Of a stretch of DNA of 58,403 bases, positions 19,279-28,481 are shown piece by piece. Source of the DNA: Acidimicrobiia bacterium (GTDB lineage: Bacteria > Actinomycetota > Acidimicrobiia > Spongiisociales > ZC4RG35); the NCBI GenBank assembly GCA_050329955.1, contig JBHJOH010000053.1:1-58403 (forward strand), given 5' to 3'. Both the position numbers and the translations under genes were made by a program. Position 1 is the first letter of the stretch. Each line of letters begins with the position of its first letter. Below the pieces are notes generated by a model. The model ran no database searches, was not told the origin of the DNA, and saw only the letters and a program-made list of their open reading frames with translations.

Positions 19279-20412
19279 ATGAACACCATTCCAGACCACG
19301 AGCCATCCGCCCGATTCTTCGACACGCGGGCTGCATACACGATGTTCGTCACCGCCACCGACGAGAAAGCGCGGGTAGCAGAACGCCTCGGCGACCAGGC
19401 CGACATGATCGAGGTGACTCCACCCGGGCTGCGCCTGTTCGATGCCGGAATGGGCGATGCCTCCGTACTCAGCCACCTCATGCGTCGGTTGCACCGCAAT
19501 CTCCCCCACATCCCATGGCTGGTGGTCGCCAAGGAGATCTCGATCGAGGACGTGCGTCAGGCACTGGCCAAACTCCCCGATCGGCTGGTGGAACATCCCG
19601 AGACGGTGTTCGTCGTCACCAACATGCGTTTCTCCGAAGCGCCCGGGTTGGAGCCGCCCGACGGGCAGGCCACCCTCATCTGGCGTGACGTACCCCTCGA
19701 CGGTGACACCAGCCTCGACTTCACCGAGCAGATCCGGGGCATCCTGCCCGGCCTCACCGACGATTGGCAGGTGAAGACCAGTCCGGTGAGCGGCAACCCT
19801 GTATACGTTCGGCCGGCCGTGGTGGTCCTCTACCGCCGCGACCGCGAATTCCTGCTTCGTTCGATGATCCCCAAACCGGGCAAGGTGGATGGGCGGTACG
19901 ACCTGATCGTGGCGGCGCAGAGCTACCGAGCCCGCACACCGGTGGCCACCAAGGTCGCCAATGTGCTCGTGCCGTTGGCCCGCGCCCTCGCCCCCGGAGG
20001 TCGCATGGTCGGCATCCACTCCTACGGCAACGACCCCGGCCTCGAAATCACCTGTGGCGTGTGGCCCCAAGAGCGTCCCTTCCCGCACCGGAGGGCCGAG
20101 ATCCTGTCCGAAGCGCGACGCCAACTGAACGCTCCCGGAGATTCCTCCCTCGAGTTCCCGAACCTGAGCGATGAGGAGTCCCTGTTCAGCTACCGACTGC
20201 ACACCATGCCATCCGACGAAACCGAACACATCGGCACCTCGACGCTGGTGGCCGCCTTCACCGCCGCCGCCTACGTCGCCCAGATCGACGAGGCCCGCCT
20301 CTCCACCGCCATGTCGAGCGGCACCTACCTCGAGGCGACCCGCCAGGTGATCGACCGCCACGGAGCGGTGTGGTTCAACGATGAGATGTACCTCATCACG
20401 CGACGTGGGTGA
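19279..20412 (+). CDS. Conserved hypothetical protein, possible class I SAM-dependent methyltransferase fold
   Basis: LRLFDAGMGDA (motif I-like), YDLIVA, LARALAPGG. Confidence 0.65.
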   Translation: MNTIPDHEPSARFFDTRAAYTMFVTATDEKARVAERLGDQADMIEVTPPGLRLFDAGMGDASVLSHLMRRLHRNLPHIPWLVVAKEISIEDVRQALAKLPDRLVEHPETVFVVTNMRFSEAPGLEPPDGQATLIWRDVPLDGDTSLDFTEQIRGILPGLTDDWQVKTSPVSGNPVYVRPAVVVLYRRDREFLLRSMIPKPGKVDGRYDLIVAAQSYRARTPVATKVANVLVPLARALAPGGRMVGIHSYGNDPGLEITCGVWPQERPFPHRRAEILSEARRQLNAPGDSSLEFPNLSDEESLFSYRLHTMPSDETEHIGTSTLVAAFTAAAYVAQIDEARLSTAMSSGTYLEATRQVIDRHGAVWFNDEMYLITRRG

Positions 20413-20445
20413 GTTTGGCGGAGTGAGTGCGTCACGGCGACCACT

Positions 20446-20552
20446 GCAGAACGCAGAACGCAGAAGGCAGAACGCACAAGACAGAAGGCAACGACGCACC
20501 GCCAGAAGCTGGATTGGGCGTTCGGCGTTCGGCGTTCTGCGTTCTGCGTTCG
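20446..20552. repeat. Inverted heptamer-repeat element (GCAGAAC)n/(GCGTTCT)n between convergent genes
   Basis: About 6 purine-rich units, short spacer, 5 complementary units; could form a long hairpin. Confidence 0.85.
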
Positions 20553-21992
20553 CTACCAGCTCTCATCCAACGGCTTGCCTTCGCTGTAGCCGCTGGTGGA
20601 TTGCATGCCGATGACGGCGTTGGCGTGGAACTCCTCGATGGTGCGGGCGCCGGCGTAGGTGCAGGCCGAGCGCAGGCCCATCACGATGCGGTCGAGGATG
20701 TCCTCGACACCCGGTGACGAGCTCGACAGGTACATGCGGGACGACGAGATGCCTTCCTCGAACATCTCCTTGCGGGCGCGCTGGAAGGCCGACTCCGATC
20801 GCGAGCGCCCGGTGACGGCTCGTTTCGACGCCATCCCGAAGTTCTCCTTGTAGAGGCGGCCAGAGGCGTCGCGGAGGGTGTCGGCGGCCGACTCGAAGGT
20901 CCCGGCGAACCACGATCCGATCATGACACTGGCGGCACCGCCGGCGAGAGCCAGAGCAACGTCGCGCGGGTAGCGGACACCGCCGTCGGCCCAGATGTGC
21001 TTGCCACGCGCCCGAGCAGCGGCGGCGCACTCGACGACGGCTGAGAACTGCGGCCGACCCACCCCGGTCATCATGCGGGTGGTGCACATCGCCCCCGGGC
21101 CCACGCCCACCTTCACGATGTCGGCTCCGGCCTCGATCAGGTCGATGGTCCCGGATGCGGTGACCACGTTGCCCGCCACCACCGTGTGGTCGGGTGCCAC
21201 CCGACGAACGGTGCTCAACGCCTCCAGGGTCTTCTGCTGATGCCCGTGGGCGGTGTCGACCACGATCACGTCCACACCGGCCCCCACCAGCTCCGCGGTG
21301 GCGGCGGAGACATCGCCGTTGACACCCACTGCCGCCCCCACGAGCAGTCGACCAGAGGAGTCGATTGCCGGCGTGTAGACCGTGGACCGCAGGGCGCTCT
21401 GTTCGGTGATCACGCCGGTGAGACGCCCCTCGGCGTCGACCACCGGAGCCATGTGAACCCGACGCTCGGCAAGCTCACGGAACATCTCCTCGACCGCCAA
21501 CGAGGCGGCAAGCGTGATGGGGTGGCGTCGCATCACCTCGTCAAGCGGGGCGAACCGATCGAAGCCGGACCCGTCGGACTCGGTGTAGATACCGACCGGG
21601 CGCTGGTCCTCGTCGACGACGATGACGGCACCGTGCGAGCGCTTGTGGATGAGATCGACGGCGTTGTTGATCGTGTCGGTGGGGCTGAGCGTTATGGCGG
21701 TGTCGAGCACCAGGTGGCGGCTCTTGACGAAGGCGGTCATGTCGGCGATGGCACCGGCCGGGGCATCCTGGGGGAAGATGGCGATGCCGCCGCGGCGTGC
21801 GATGGTCTCGGCCATCCTTCGACCCGAGACGGCCGTCATGTTGGCAACCACCACCGGGATGGTGGTGCCCACCCGGTCCGGGGTGGTGAGGTCGACGTCC
21901 ATTCGCGAGGCCATGTCGCTGAACGCCGGCGTCAGGAACACATCGGAGTAGGTCAGGTCGTGGCTGGGGGTCAGGTCGTTCAGGTACCGCAT
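20553..21992 (-). CDS. guaB1: GuaB1 family IMPDH-related protein with CBS pair (GMP reductase in mycobacteria)
   Basis: DLTYSDVF, VANMTAVSGRRMAET, DTAHGH, KVGVGPGAMCTTR, WADGG, EEGISSSRM motifs. Confidence 0.92.
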   Translation of the reverse strand: MRYLNDLTPSHDLTYSDVFLTPAFSDMASRMDVDLTTPDRVGTTIPVVVANMTAVSGRRMAETIARRGGIAIFPQDAPAGAIADMTAFVKSRHLVLDTAITLSPTDTINNAVDLIHKRSHGAVIVVDEDQRPVGIYTESDGSGFDRFAPLDEVMRRHPITLAASLAVEEMFRELAERRVHMAPVVDAEGRLTGVITEQSALRSTVYTPAIDSSGRLLVGAAVGVNGDVSAATAELVGAGVDVIVVDTAHGHQQKTLEALSTVRRVAPDHTVVAGNVVTASGTIDLIEAGADIVKVGVGPGAMCTTRMMTGVGRPQFSAVVECAAAARARGKHIWADGGVRYPRDVALALAGGAASVMIGSWFAGTFESAADTLRDASGRLYKENFGMASKRAVTGRSRSESAFQRARKEMFEEGISSSRMYLSSSSPGVEDILDRIVMGLRSACTYAGARTIEEFHANAVIGMQSTSGYSEGKPLDESW

Positions 21993-22087
21993 CGAAGCCG
22001 CAGGGTATCGGCATTCGGGTAGGTCGGCAGGCCTGAACCCGGCCGATGCGTCTGGGAAACGTCGTGCGGCCGGGTAACTTGATGGTC

Positions 22088-23005
22088 ATGGCATCCACCG
22101 AGATTCCCAGCGAACGCGCCCGTCCCCTCACCCATGTCGGCCATGGGCTCATGATGGGCGTGGCGGACTCCATCCCTGGGATCAGTGGCGGCACCATCGC
22201 CTTCGTGGTGGGGATCTACGACAAGTTGCTGGACTCGATCGGTCAAGGGTTCCGAGCCATCATCTCCATCGTTCGCTTCGATATCCCAGGAGCCAAGCTG
22301 CACTTCGGGCTGGTGCAGTGGAAGCTCATCCTCCCCCTGCTCGCCGGCATCGGAACCGCGCTGATCATCGCCGCCGGCATCGTGCCCGGTCTGCTCGAGC
22401 AGTACCCCTCCCAGGCCCGGGCCCTGTTCCTCGGGATGGTGGGCGCCTCGATCGCCGTTCCCTGGTCGAGGATGTCCGAGCGCACCAGGTTCCACCTCGC
22501 CGCCGCCATCGTCTCGGCCGTCGCCGCCTTCGTCCTGTCGGGTCTGCCGCCGGGGACGGTGTCGGATCCGTCGCCGACCCAGGTGTTCCTGACCGCCATG
22601 ATCGCCATCTGCGCCATGATCCTGCCGGGCGTGAGCGGAGCCTTCCTGCTGTTGGTCTTTGGCATGTATGAACCCACCCTGGAGGCTCTCCACGAGCGCG
22701 ACCTGGGATACGTTGCCACCTTCGCCGGCGGAGCTGTGATCGGTCTCGGTTCCTTCTCCATCGTCCTCGGCGCCGCCCTGCGCCGCTACCACGACACCAC
22801 CATGGCCATTCTGATCGGCCTCATGGTCGGATCGCTCCGGGCATTGTGGCCGTGGCAGACCGACGATCGGGGTCTGCTCGGGCCCGAGGGCGGCTCATCC
22901 CTGGCTACGGCGCTGGGCTTGGCGGCGGCCGGGTTCGGCATCGTGTGGGCGATCGAGCGCTTCGGATCGAAGAAGGCCGTCGCCACGCCCCCTACAGCTC
23001 GCTGA
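22088..23005 (+). CDS. DUF368 membrane protein (undecaprenyl-phosphate translocase family)
   Basis: MGVADSIPGISGGTIA, AMILPGVSGAF and GSLRALWPW motifs. Confidence 0.9.
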   Translation: MASTEIPSERARPLTHVGHGLMMGVADSIPGISGGTIAFVVGIYDKLLDSIGQGFRAIISIVRFDIPGAKLHFGLVQWKLILPLLAGIGTALIIAAGIVPGLLEQYPSQARALFLGMVGASIAVPWSRMSERTRFHLAAAIVSAVAAFVLSGLPPGTVSDPSPTQVFLTAMIAICAMILPGVSGAFLLLVFGMYEPTLEALHERDLGYVATFAGGAVIGLGSFSIVLGAALRRYHDTTMAILIGLMVGSLRALWPWQTDDRGLLGPEGGSSLATALGLAAAGFGIVWAIERFGSKKAVATPPTAR

Positions 23006-23067
23006 GAAACCGGCGGAACGCTCGAGGGTCGGCGCGACCGCCACCATTCGTGGCGTCCAGCCCCGGT

Positions 23068-23195
23068 GCGAGGAGCAAGGGGCGAGAGGCGAGGAGCCAC
23101 CAAGCCGACCCCTGACCGGCCCGTATCCGGGGTCGATGCCAACGCCGTGGTTCTTCGGCTCCTCGCTCCTCGCTCGTCTCGTCCCTCGTCTCGTC
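23068..23195. repeat. Inverted heptamer-repeat element (GCGAGGA)n/(TCCTCGC)n
   Basis: GCGAGGA GCAAGGG GCGAGAG GCGAGGA GCC, about 58-nt spacer, then GGC TCCTCGC TCCTCGC TCGTCTC. Confidence 0.75.
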
Positions 23196-23210
23196 GACGC
23201 CGACTCGGGC

Positions 23211-23237
23211 TAAACCCCCGCCCTCCCGAGCCGATAA
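23211..23237 (+). promoter_or_regulatory. sigma28 (FliA/WhiG) promoter
   Basis: Exact match to the consensus TAAA-N15-GCCGATAA, upstream of the HDOD gene. Confidence 0.75.
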
Positions 23238-23295
23238 GAGTGGAGAGCATCCCGGCCATCCGAGGCCATCGACGAGTCAGTACCAGGAGCGGGGA

Positions 23296-24441
23296 ATGAG
23301 TGTCCAGGCTTTGTTCATCGACGACGACCCACGCGTGCTGGCGGAGTTCGAGCAGCTGGTGTCATCCGGGAGCCTGGGCATCGACGCCACCATCGCTTCC
23401 TCCCCCGAGGAGGGACTGAACGCCCTCAGGTCCGGCACCTACGAGGTCATCGTGGCCGGTGCAGGGTCGCCCACCGACAAGACCGTCGGCGTGCTCCGGG
23501 AAGCGGCTTCGAACCATCCGGCGGTGGCCCGCCTGCTGGTGACATCCGACCGCAACGCCTCGCGCAGTGGCCTCGCCGAGCAGTACCTGTGGCGCCCCTT
23601 CGACGCCGACAAGCTACGGATCGCCGTGCTCGCCGCCACCCACCTGCGTGGTCGAGTCACCCCTGAACGGCTGGCCGCACTGGTCAACGGCTCCACCAAG
23701 ATTCCCACGCTTCCCGACATCTACGTCAAGATCCAGGAGGAGCTCCGTTCCTCGGATCCGTCGATGGCGAAGGTCGGTCTCCTCGTCAAGAACGACCCGG
23801 CCATCTCGGTCAAGGTGCTGCAGACGGTGAACTCGGCGATGTTCGGCCTCCGCAACGAGGTGGGTGACGTGGCCCAGGCCACCGCCCTGCTCGGTCTCAA
23901 CACCATCACATCGCTGGTGCTGGCCGTTGGGGTTTTCCAACAGGCTTCCGGTCTCGACCGCAAGCTGATCGAGGAGCTGTGGCAGGAGTCGCTCCGTGTC
24001 AGCGCAATCGCCCGCCGTATCGCCTCAGCCGAGGGACTCGACCGCCGCTCCACCGAGGAGAGCCAGCTGGCCGGACTGCTGCATGACATCGGCGAGCTGG
24101 TGCTGTTCCAGAACTGGCGCAACGACTACCTGGAGATCAGCACAACCAACCGCCTCGACGACGAACGCAAGCGTTTCGGAGCCACCCACGCCGACCTCGG
24201 TGGATATCTGTGCGCACTCTGGGATCTTCCGTCCGAAGTGATCCGGGCCGTTGCCAACCATCACATTCCTTCCGCGGTCCCCGCTTCGACGGTCACCGCC
24301 ACGACGGTGGTCCATGTGGCCCGTGCTCTCGTCGACGCCGGTGGCGACCACGAGAACGCCGCCTTCGACACGGCCCACCTCGAGCAGATCGATGCGTACG
24401 GCCGCTGCGAGGTGTGGGCGAAAGCGGCCCAGGAAGCCTGA
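23296..24441 (+). CDS. Receiver-like plus HDOD domain signalling protein
   Basis: ALFIDDD receiver start; IPTLP, DPAISVKVLQTVNSAMFG, AGLLHDIG and E...FGATHADLG...W.LP...AVANHH. Confidence 0.9.
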   Translation: MSVQALFIDDDPRVLAEFEQLVSSGSLGIDATIASSPEEGLNALRSGTYEVIVAGAGSPTDKTVGVLREAASNHPAVARLLVTSDRNASRSGLAEQYLWRPFDADKLRIAVLAATHLRGRVTPERLAALVNGSTKIPTLPDIYVKIQEELRSSDPSMAKVGLLVKNDPAISVKVLQTVNSAMFGLRNEVGDVAQATALLGLNTITSLVLAVGVFQQASGLDRKLIEELWQESLRVSAIARRIASAEGLDRRSTEESQLAGLLHDIGELVLFQNWRNDYLEISTTNRLDDERKRFGATHADLGGYLCALWDLPSEVIRAVANHHIPSAVPASTVTATTVVHVARALVDAGGDHENAAFDTAHLEQIDAYGRCEVWAKAAQEA

Positions 24442-24446
24442 GCCGC

Positions 24447-25229
24447 TCAGGCCGGCCGATCGCGCCGGAAGCTCAGTTCAACATCGACCAGTCGGAACCC
24501 GGCCCGTTCGATGTTTCGTGCCGAACCTCCACTCGTTGCCGCCGTGCAGCAGGCAATGTCGCAACCCATCTCCGCCGCCAGCCAAAGTCGGTACCGGAGC
24601 AGCGTGCTCTGCAGCCCACGCCCCCGGAACGCCGGATCCGTGGCGGCGCCACCCAGCAACCCGCGTCCGTCCCGCACGATCAGTGAACCCACTCCCGCCG
24701 GCTGATCGTCGCACATGGCCAGAAGGTCGACGGCGCCCTCGATCGAATGTGCCGCCAGCGCGAATGCGTCCGACACCGACCGGTCGGGAAACTGGCAGGC
24801 GTGAACGTCCATCCAGTCCGCCAACCGTTCGGCGTCCACCTCGACGACACCGGGTGCTTCCCGACCCTCACCGGCGGGAAGCCCGATCACGTACACATTG
24901 TCGACCGCAGCCAGCCGGTAACCGGTTTCGGCCAGCTGCTGCAGGGTCTCCTCCTCCACCCCGCCCGGTAGCACCACTTCCGGTGTCACCCCGGCGGATT
25001 CACAGACCTGCGCCGCTCGCTCCAGGTCGGCAGCCGTCAATCCGGCAGTTCCGACGCCCCGCAGCCCGTTGAGGAAAGAGCCCGGACCCGTGACCAAGAG
25101 CAGCCCCGGACCGATGGCCTCCACGATCCCGCCATACGCCCGGGTGATCGCTTCGTCATCGGCCAACGCCGCCAGCCGGAGCCGTTCCGCCAGATCCGGT
25201 GAGGTGGCCAAAGATGCGAGGGTCGACAT
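24447..25229 (-). CDS. GNAT family N-acetyltransferase
   Basis: ATDPAFRGRGLQSTLL and SARNIERAGF. Confidence 0.85.
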   Translation of the reverse strand: MSTLASLATSPDLAERLRLAALADDEAITRAYGGIVEAIGPGLLLVTGPGSFLNGLRGVGTAGLTAADLERAAQVCESAGVTPEVVLPGGVEEETLQQLAETGYRLAAVDNVYVIGLPAGEGREAPGVVEVDAERLADWMDVHACQFPDRSVSDAFALAAHSIEGAVDLLAMCDDQPAGVGSLIVRDGRGLLGGAATDPAFRGRGLQSTLLRYRLWLAAEMGCDIACCTAATSGGSARNIERAGFRLVDVELSFRRDRPA

Positions 25230-25318
25230 GGCGGGAGACGCTACCCCCGCGGAACGTCAGACGCCTCCGGCAAAGACCCCGTCGTGCGATACTCGATCGG
25301 CAACGACCGGGAGGACGC

Positions 25319-26344
25319 ATGAAGCTGGGTCTGGTGATCGGATACTGGGGCGCAGGGCCACCCGATGGGGTCGAGGATCAGATCCGCACGGCCGACGAGT
25401 TGGGTTTCGACTCGATGTGGAGCGCCGAGGCCTACGGCTCCGATGCCTTCACCCCTCTCGCCTGGTGGGGCTCGCAAACCCGTTCCATCAAGCTCGGGAC
25501 GGCCATCGCCCAGATGTCGGCCCGGGCCCCGGCCGCCACCGCAATGGCGGCCATGACCATGGACCACCTCACGCAGGGTCGCTTCATCCTCGGCCTCGGA
25601 GCCTCGGGGCCACAGGTAGTGGAGGGGTGGTACGGGATGCCCTATCCGAAGCCGCTGGCCCGTACCCGCGAGTACGTCGAGATCGTGCGCCGGGTCATCG
25701 CCCGCCAGGATCCGGTCTCGTTCGATGGCGAGCACTTCACGCTGCCGTACCGGGGTGGAGCCGGGTTGGGCAAGGCCCTCAAGTCGACCATCCACCCCTA
25801 CCGACCCGATCTGCCCATCTACCTGGCAGCGGAAGGCCCGAAGAACGTGGCCCTGGCGGCCGAGATCGCCGATGGGTGGCTGCCGTTCTGGTTCTCGCCG
25901 TCATCGGACGCGTTCTACCGCTCGGCCTTGACAGAAGGGTTCAGCCGGCCCGGCGCCCGTCACGATGCCGCCAGTTTCGAAGTCGCCTGCCCGGTCCCGG
26001 TGGTGATCGATGCCGATCCGGAGAAGGCGGCCGACACCATCCGGCCGATGCTGGCGCTGTACGTGGGCGGGATGGGCGCCAAGGGTGCCAACTTCCACTT
26101 CGATGTCATCGCCCGCATGGGATACGAAGAGGAGGCGAACCGCATCCAGGAGCTGTATATGGCGGGCAGGAAGGCCGAGGCGATCGCTTCGATCCCCCTC
26201 CACATGATCGAGGACATCGCCCTGGTGGGCCCACCCGCCAAGATCAAAGAGGAGCTCCCCCGCTGGGAGTCGACCGTCATCACCACCATGCTCATCTCGG
26301 GACCGCCACCGTTGCTCGAGGCGGTGGCACGGCTCCTTGGGTGA
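25319..26344 (+). CDS. LLM-class F420-dependent oxidoreductase
   Basis: MKLGLVIGYW, AEAYGSDAFTPL, GRFILGLGASGPQVVEGW, AAEGPKNV. GGAGGA RBS. Confidence 0.9.
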   Translation: MKLGLVIGYWGAGPPDGVEDQIRTADELGFDSMWSAEAYGSDAFTPLAWWGSQTRSIKLGTAIAQMSARAPAATAMAAMTMDHLTQGRFILGLGASGPQVVEGWYGMPYPKPLARTREYVEIVRRVIARQDPVSFDGEHFTLPYRGGAGLGKALKSTIHPYRPDLPIYLAAEGPKNVALAAEIADGWLPFWFSPSSDAFYRSALTEGFSRPGARHDAASFEVACPVPVVIDADPEKAADTIRPMLALYVGGMGAKGANFHFDVIARMGYEEEANRIQELYMAGRKAEAIASIPLHMIEDIALVGPPAKIKEELPRWESTVITTMLISGPPPLLEAVARLLG

Positions 26345-26382
26345 GGGACCGGACCACTCGGGAGCGCCGGTAGCCTGCGCCG

Positions 26383-27825
26383 GTGAATGCTCCCAGCGGC
26401 GATGAACCGGCGCCGGAGGTCGACTACTCGAAGAAGTGGTACTCGATGGCCGCCGTGGGGGTGGGCGTCCTGCTGGCCACCATCGACGGCTCGATCGTCA
26501 ACGTGGCACTGCCGACGATCCGCACCCAGCTCGACACCACCCTGCCGGTGGTGCAGTGGGTGTCGGTGGCGTACCTCCTGACCCTGGCGAGCCTGACGCT
26601 GAGCGTCGGCCGTTGGGGTGACATCGTCGGCAAGAAGCGCATCTATGTATGGGGCTTCATCCTCTTCACGATCGCTTCGGTGTTGTGCGGGGTCGCTCCC
26701 AGCATCGAGTTCCTGATCGGGTTCCGAGTGCTGCAGGCGCTGGGAGCGGTCATGGTGCTGGCCCTCGGCGCCTCGATACTCACCGAGGCGTTCCCGCCAC
26801 ACGAGCGCGGCAAGGCGTTGGGCCTGATCGGGACGTTCGTGTCGGTCGGGATCGTGAGCGGCCCCGTCGTGGGTGGCCTGCTGATCGAATCGTTCGACTG
26901 GCGGGCCATCTTCTTCGTGAACCTCCCGGTGGGCCTCATCGGCACCATCATCGCCATCAAGTACGTCCCCGCCACTCCCCCACCCGGCGGCCAGACCTTC
27001 GATGTGCGCGGTTCGGTGACGTTGACGGCTGCGCTGGCGTGCATCGCTCTGGCGGTCACCGCCGGCCAGGAGTTGGGGTACGGCTCCGGGCTCATCGTCG
27101 GGGGGCTGATCACCGGGTTGGCGCTCGGATTCGCCTTCATTCGCATCGAGCGAACAGCGTCATCGCCGATGATCGACCTGGCCATCTTCCGGAATCCGGT
27201 GCTCACCGTGAGCGTCGTCAGTGGCTATCTGGTGTACGGGGGGCTGTCCGGGGTGTTCTTTCTGCTGCCGTTCTACCTCGAAGGCGTGCTCGGATACAAC
27301 ACCCGCCAGACCGGCCTGGCACTGGGCATCGCACCGCTGATCCTGGGAATGGTGGCGCCGATCGCCGGGAGCTTGTCGGACCGCCTGGGGATTCGCCGCA
27401 TCACCATGATCGGGTTGGTGATCCTGGGATTGTCCTACGGGGCCTTCTACACCCTCTCCACCGAAACCACACTCCTGCAGTACGTCCTCATCGCCATTCC
27501 GATCGGCGTGGGGTTTGGGATGTTCCAGTCCCCCAACAACAGCGCCATCATGGGCTCGGTCCCCCGGGAGCACTCGGGCGTGGCGGGCGGCCTGCTCACG
27601 CTGACCCGGCTTCTCGGCCAGGTCACCGGTATCGCCGTGCTGGGCTCGTTCTGGGCCGCCCGGGTCTCCGCCCGGGATGACGGATCGATGGTCGGCGACG
27701 CCGTGACGGCACCGCCCGACATCCAGGTTGCGGCCCTGCATGACACCGCCCTGGTGATGGCCGCGCTCAGCATCGCCGCCATCCTCATCGGTGCCTGGGG
27801 ACTGAGGCGCGAGCAGCACGGCTGA
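26383..27825 (+). CDS. DHA2-type (14-TM) MFS efflux transporter
   Basis: DGSIVNVALP, GRWGDIVGKK, WRAIFFVNLPVG, FQSPNNSAIM. Confidence 0.9.
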   Translation: MNAPSGDEPAPEVDYSKKWYSMAAVGVGVLLATIDGSIVNVALPTIRTQLDTTLPVVQWVSVAYLLTLASLTLSVGRWGDIVGKKRIYVWGFILFTIASVLCGVAPSIEFLIGFRVLQALGAVMVLALGASILTEAFPPHERGKALGLIGTFVSVGIVSGPVVGGLLIESFDWRAIFFVNLPVGLIGTIIAIKYVPATPPPGGQTFDVRGSVTLTAALACIALAVTAGQELGYGSGLIVGGLITGLALGFAFIRIERTASSPMIDLAIFRNPVLTVSVVSGYLVYGGLSGVFFLLPFYLEGVLGYNTRQTGLALGIAPLILGMVAPIAGSLSDRLGIRRITMIGLVILGLSYGAFYTLSTETTLLQYVLIAIPIGVGFGMFQSPNNSAIMGSVPREHSGVAGGLLTLTRLLGQVTGIAVLGSFWAARVSARDDGSMVGDAVTAPPDIQVAALHDTALVMAALSIAAILIGAWGLRREQHG

Positions 27826-27831
27826 CGCGTC

Positions 27832-27862
27832 GAGTGGCTCCCCTCGACGAGGGGAGCCACTC
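27832..27862. terminator. Hairpin between convergent genes, probable bidirectional terminator
   Basis: GAGTGGCTCCCCTCG-A-CGAGGGGAGCCACTC perfect inverted repeat. Confidence 0.7.
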
Positions 27863-27874
27863 AGATGCTCGTGC

Positions 27875-28216
27875 CTACAGGATCCAGATCAGAAGGAACG
27901 TCAGCGCAGCCACGAAGGCGACACCGGAGAACAGGGTTCCCGACGTCGCTCCTCCGGTCCACGCCCCGTCAACCAGATAGGCCTTCCGAGCGTAGATGGC
28001 CAATGCCGTTCCGATCAGGGTGCCGGCCGCCACGAACATGGCGAACCACCATCCCTCGACCAGTCCTCCCATGAACCAGTCCGCCGGCACCGAGTACATG
28101 TACAAGCCGATCAGACCCGCAATGGTTCCCACGATGCCGAGCGTCCACTCCATGGTGTGACGGACGACCGGCGTGTGCAGCACCTGAAGGTGCTCGCGAT
28201 CACGAAGCAGTGTCAT
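27875..28216 (-). CDS. Small hypothetical membrane protein (3 TM)
   Basis: AAAGGAGGTG RBS before ATG at 28216; three hydrophobic segments. Confidence 0.75.
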   Translation of the reverse strand: MTLLRDREHLQVLHTPVVRHTMEWTLGIVGTIAGLIGLYMYSVPADWFMGGLVEGWWFAMFVAAGTLIGTALAIYARKAYLVDGAWTGGATSGTLFSGVAFVAALTFLLIWIL

Positions 28217-28290
28217 CGTCACCTCCTTTCAGATCCATGGTGCGGCACCTCGGCGGCGTGGGGTAGGGCCGAAGCGCCAGAAGAGACCAT

Positions 28291-28481
28291 GCAGAACGCA
28301 GAACGCCGAACGCAGAACGCCCAAGGCAGCGACCTCGGCAACCGCGAGCCCTGGCAGTCGCAGAAGCGATGGGCCTTCTGTCGATATGGTGCGCTAGCGG
28401 CGAGCGTGTCGGTGAACCCGCTCCTGCCGGCGTCACGCTCGGCGAGGCGTTCTGCGTTTTGCGTTCTGCATTCTGCGTTCT
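28291..28481. repeat. Inverted heptamer-repeat element with about 125-nt spacer
   Basis: GCAGAAC GCAGAAC GCCGAAC GCAGAAC GCC ... GGCGTTCT GCGTTTT GCGTTCT GCATTCT GCGTTCT; same unit as 20446-20552. Confidence 0.85.

Noticed and set aside
28240-28275. Further sigma28-like site TTCG-N15-GCCGAGG (and TCAA-N15-TCCGAC before pyk)
   Set aside because: Too many mismatches to separate from chance in high-GC DNA.
20446-28481. Heptamer arrays as CRISPR repeats
   Set aside because: Units are 7 nt with no repeat-spacer alternation, and no cas genes are present.
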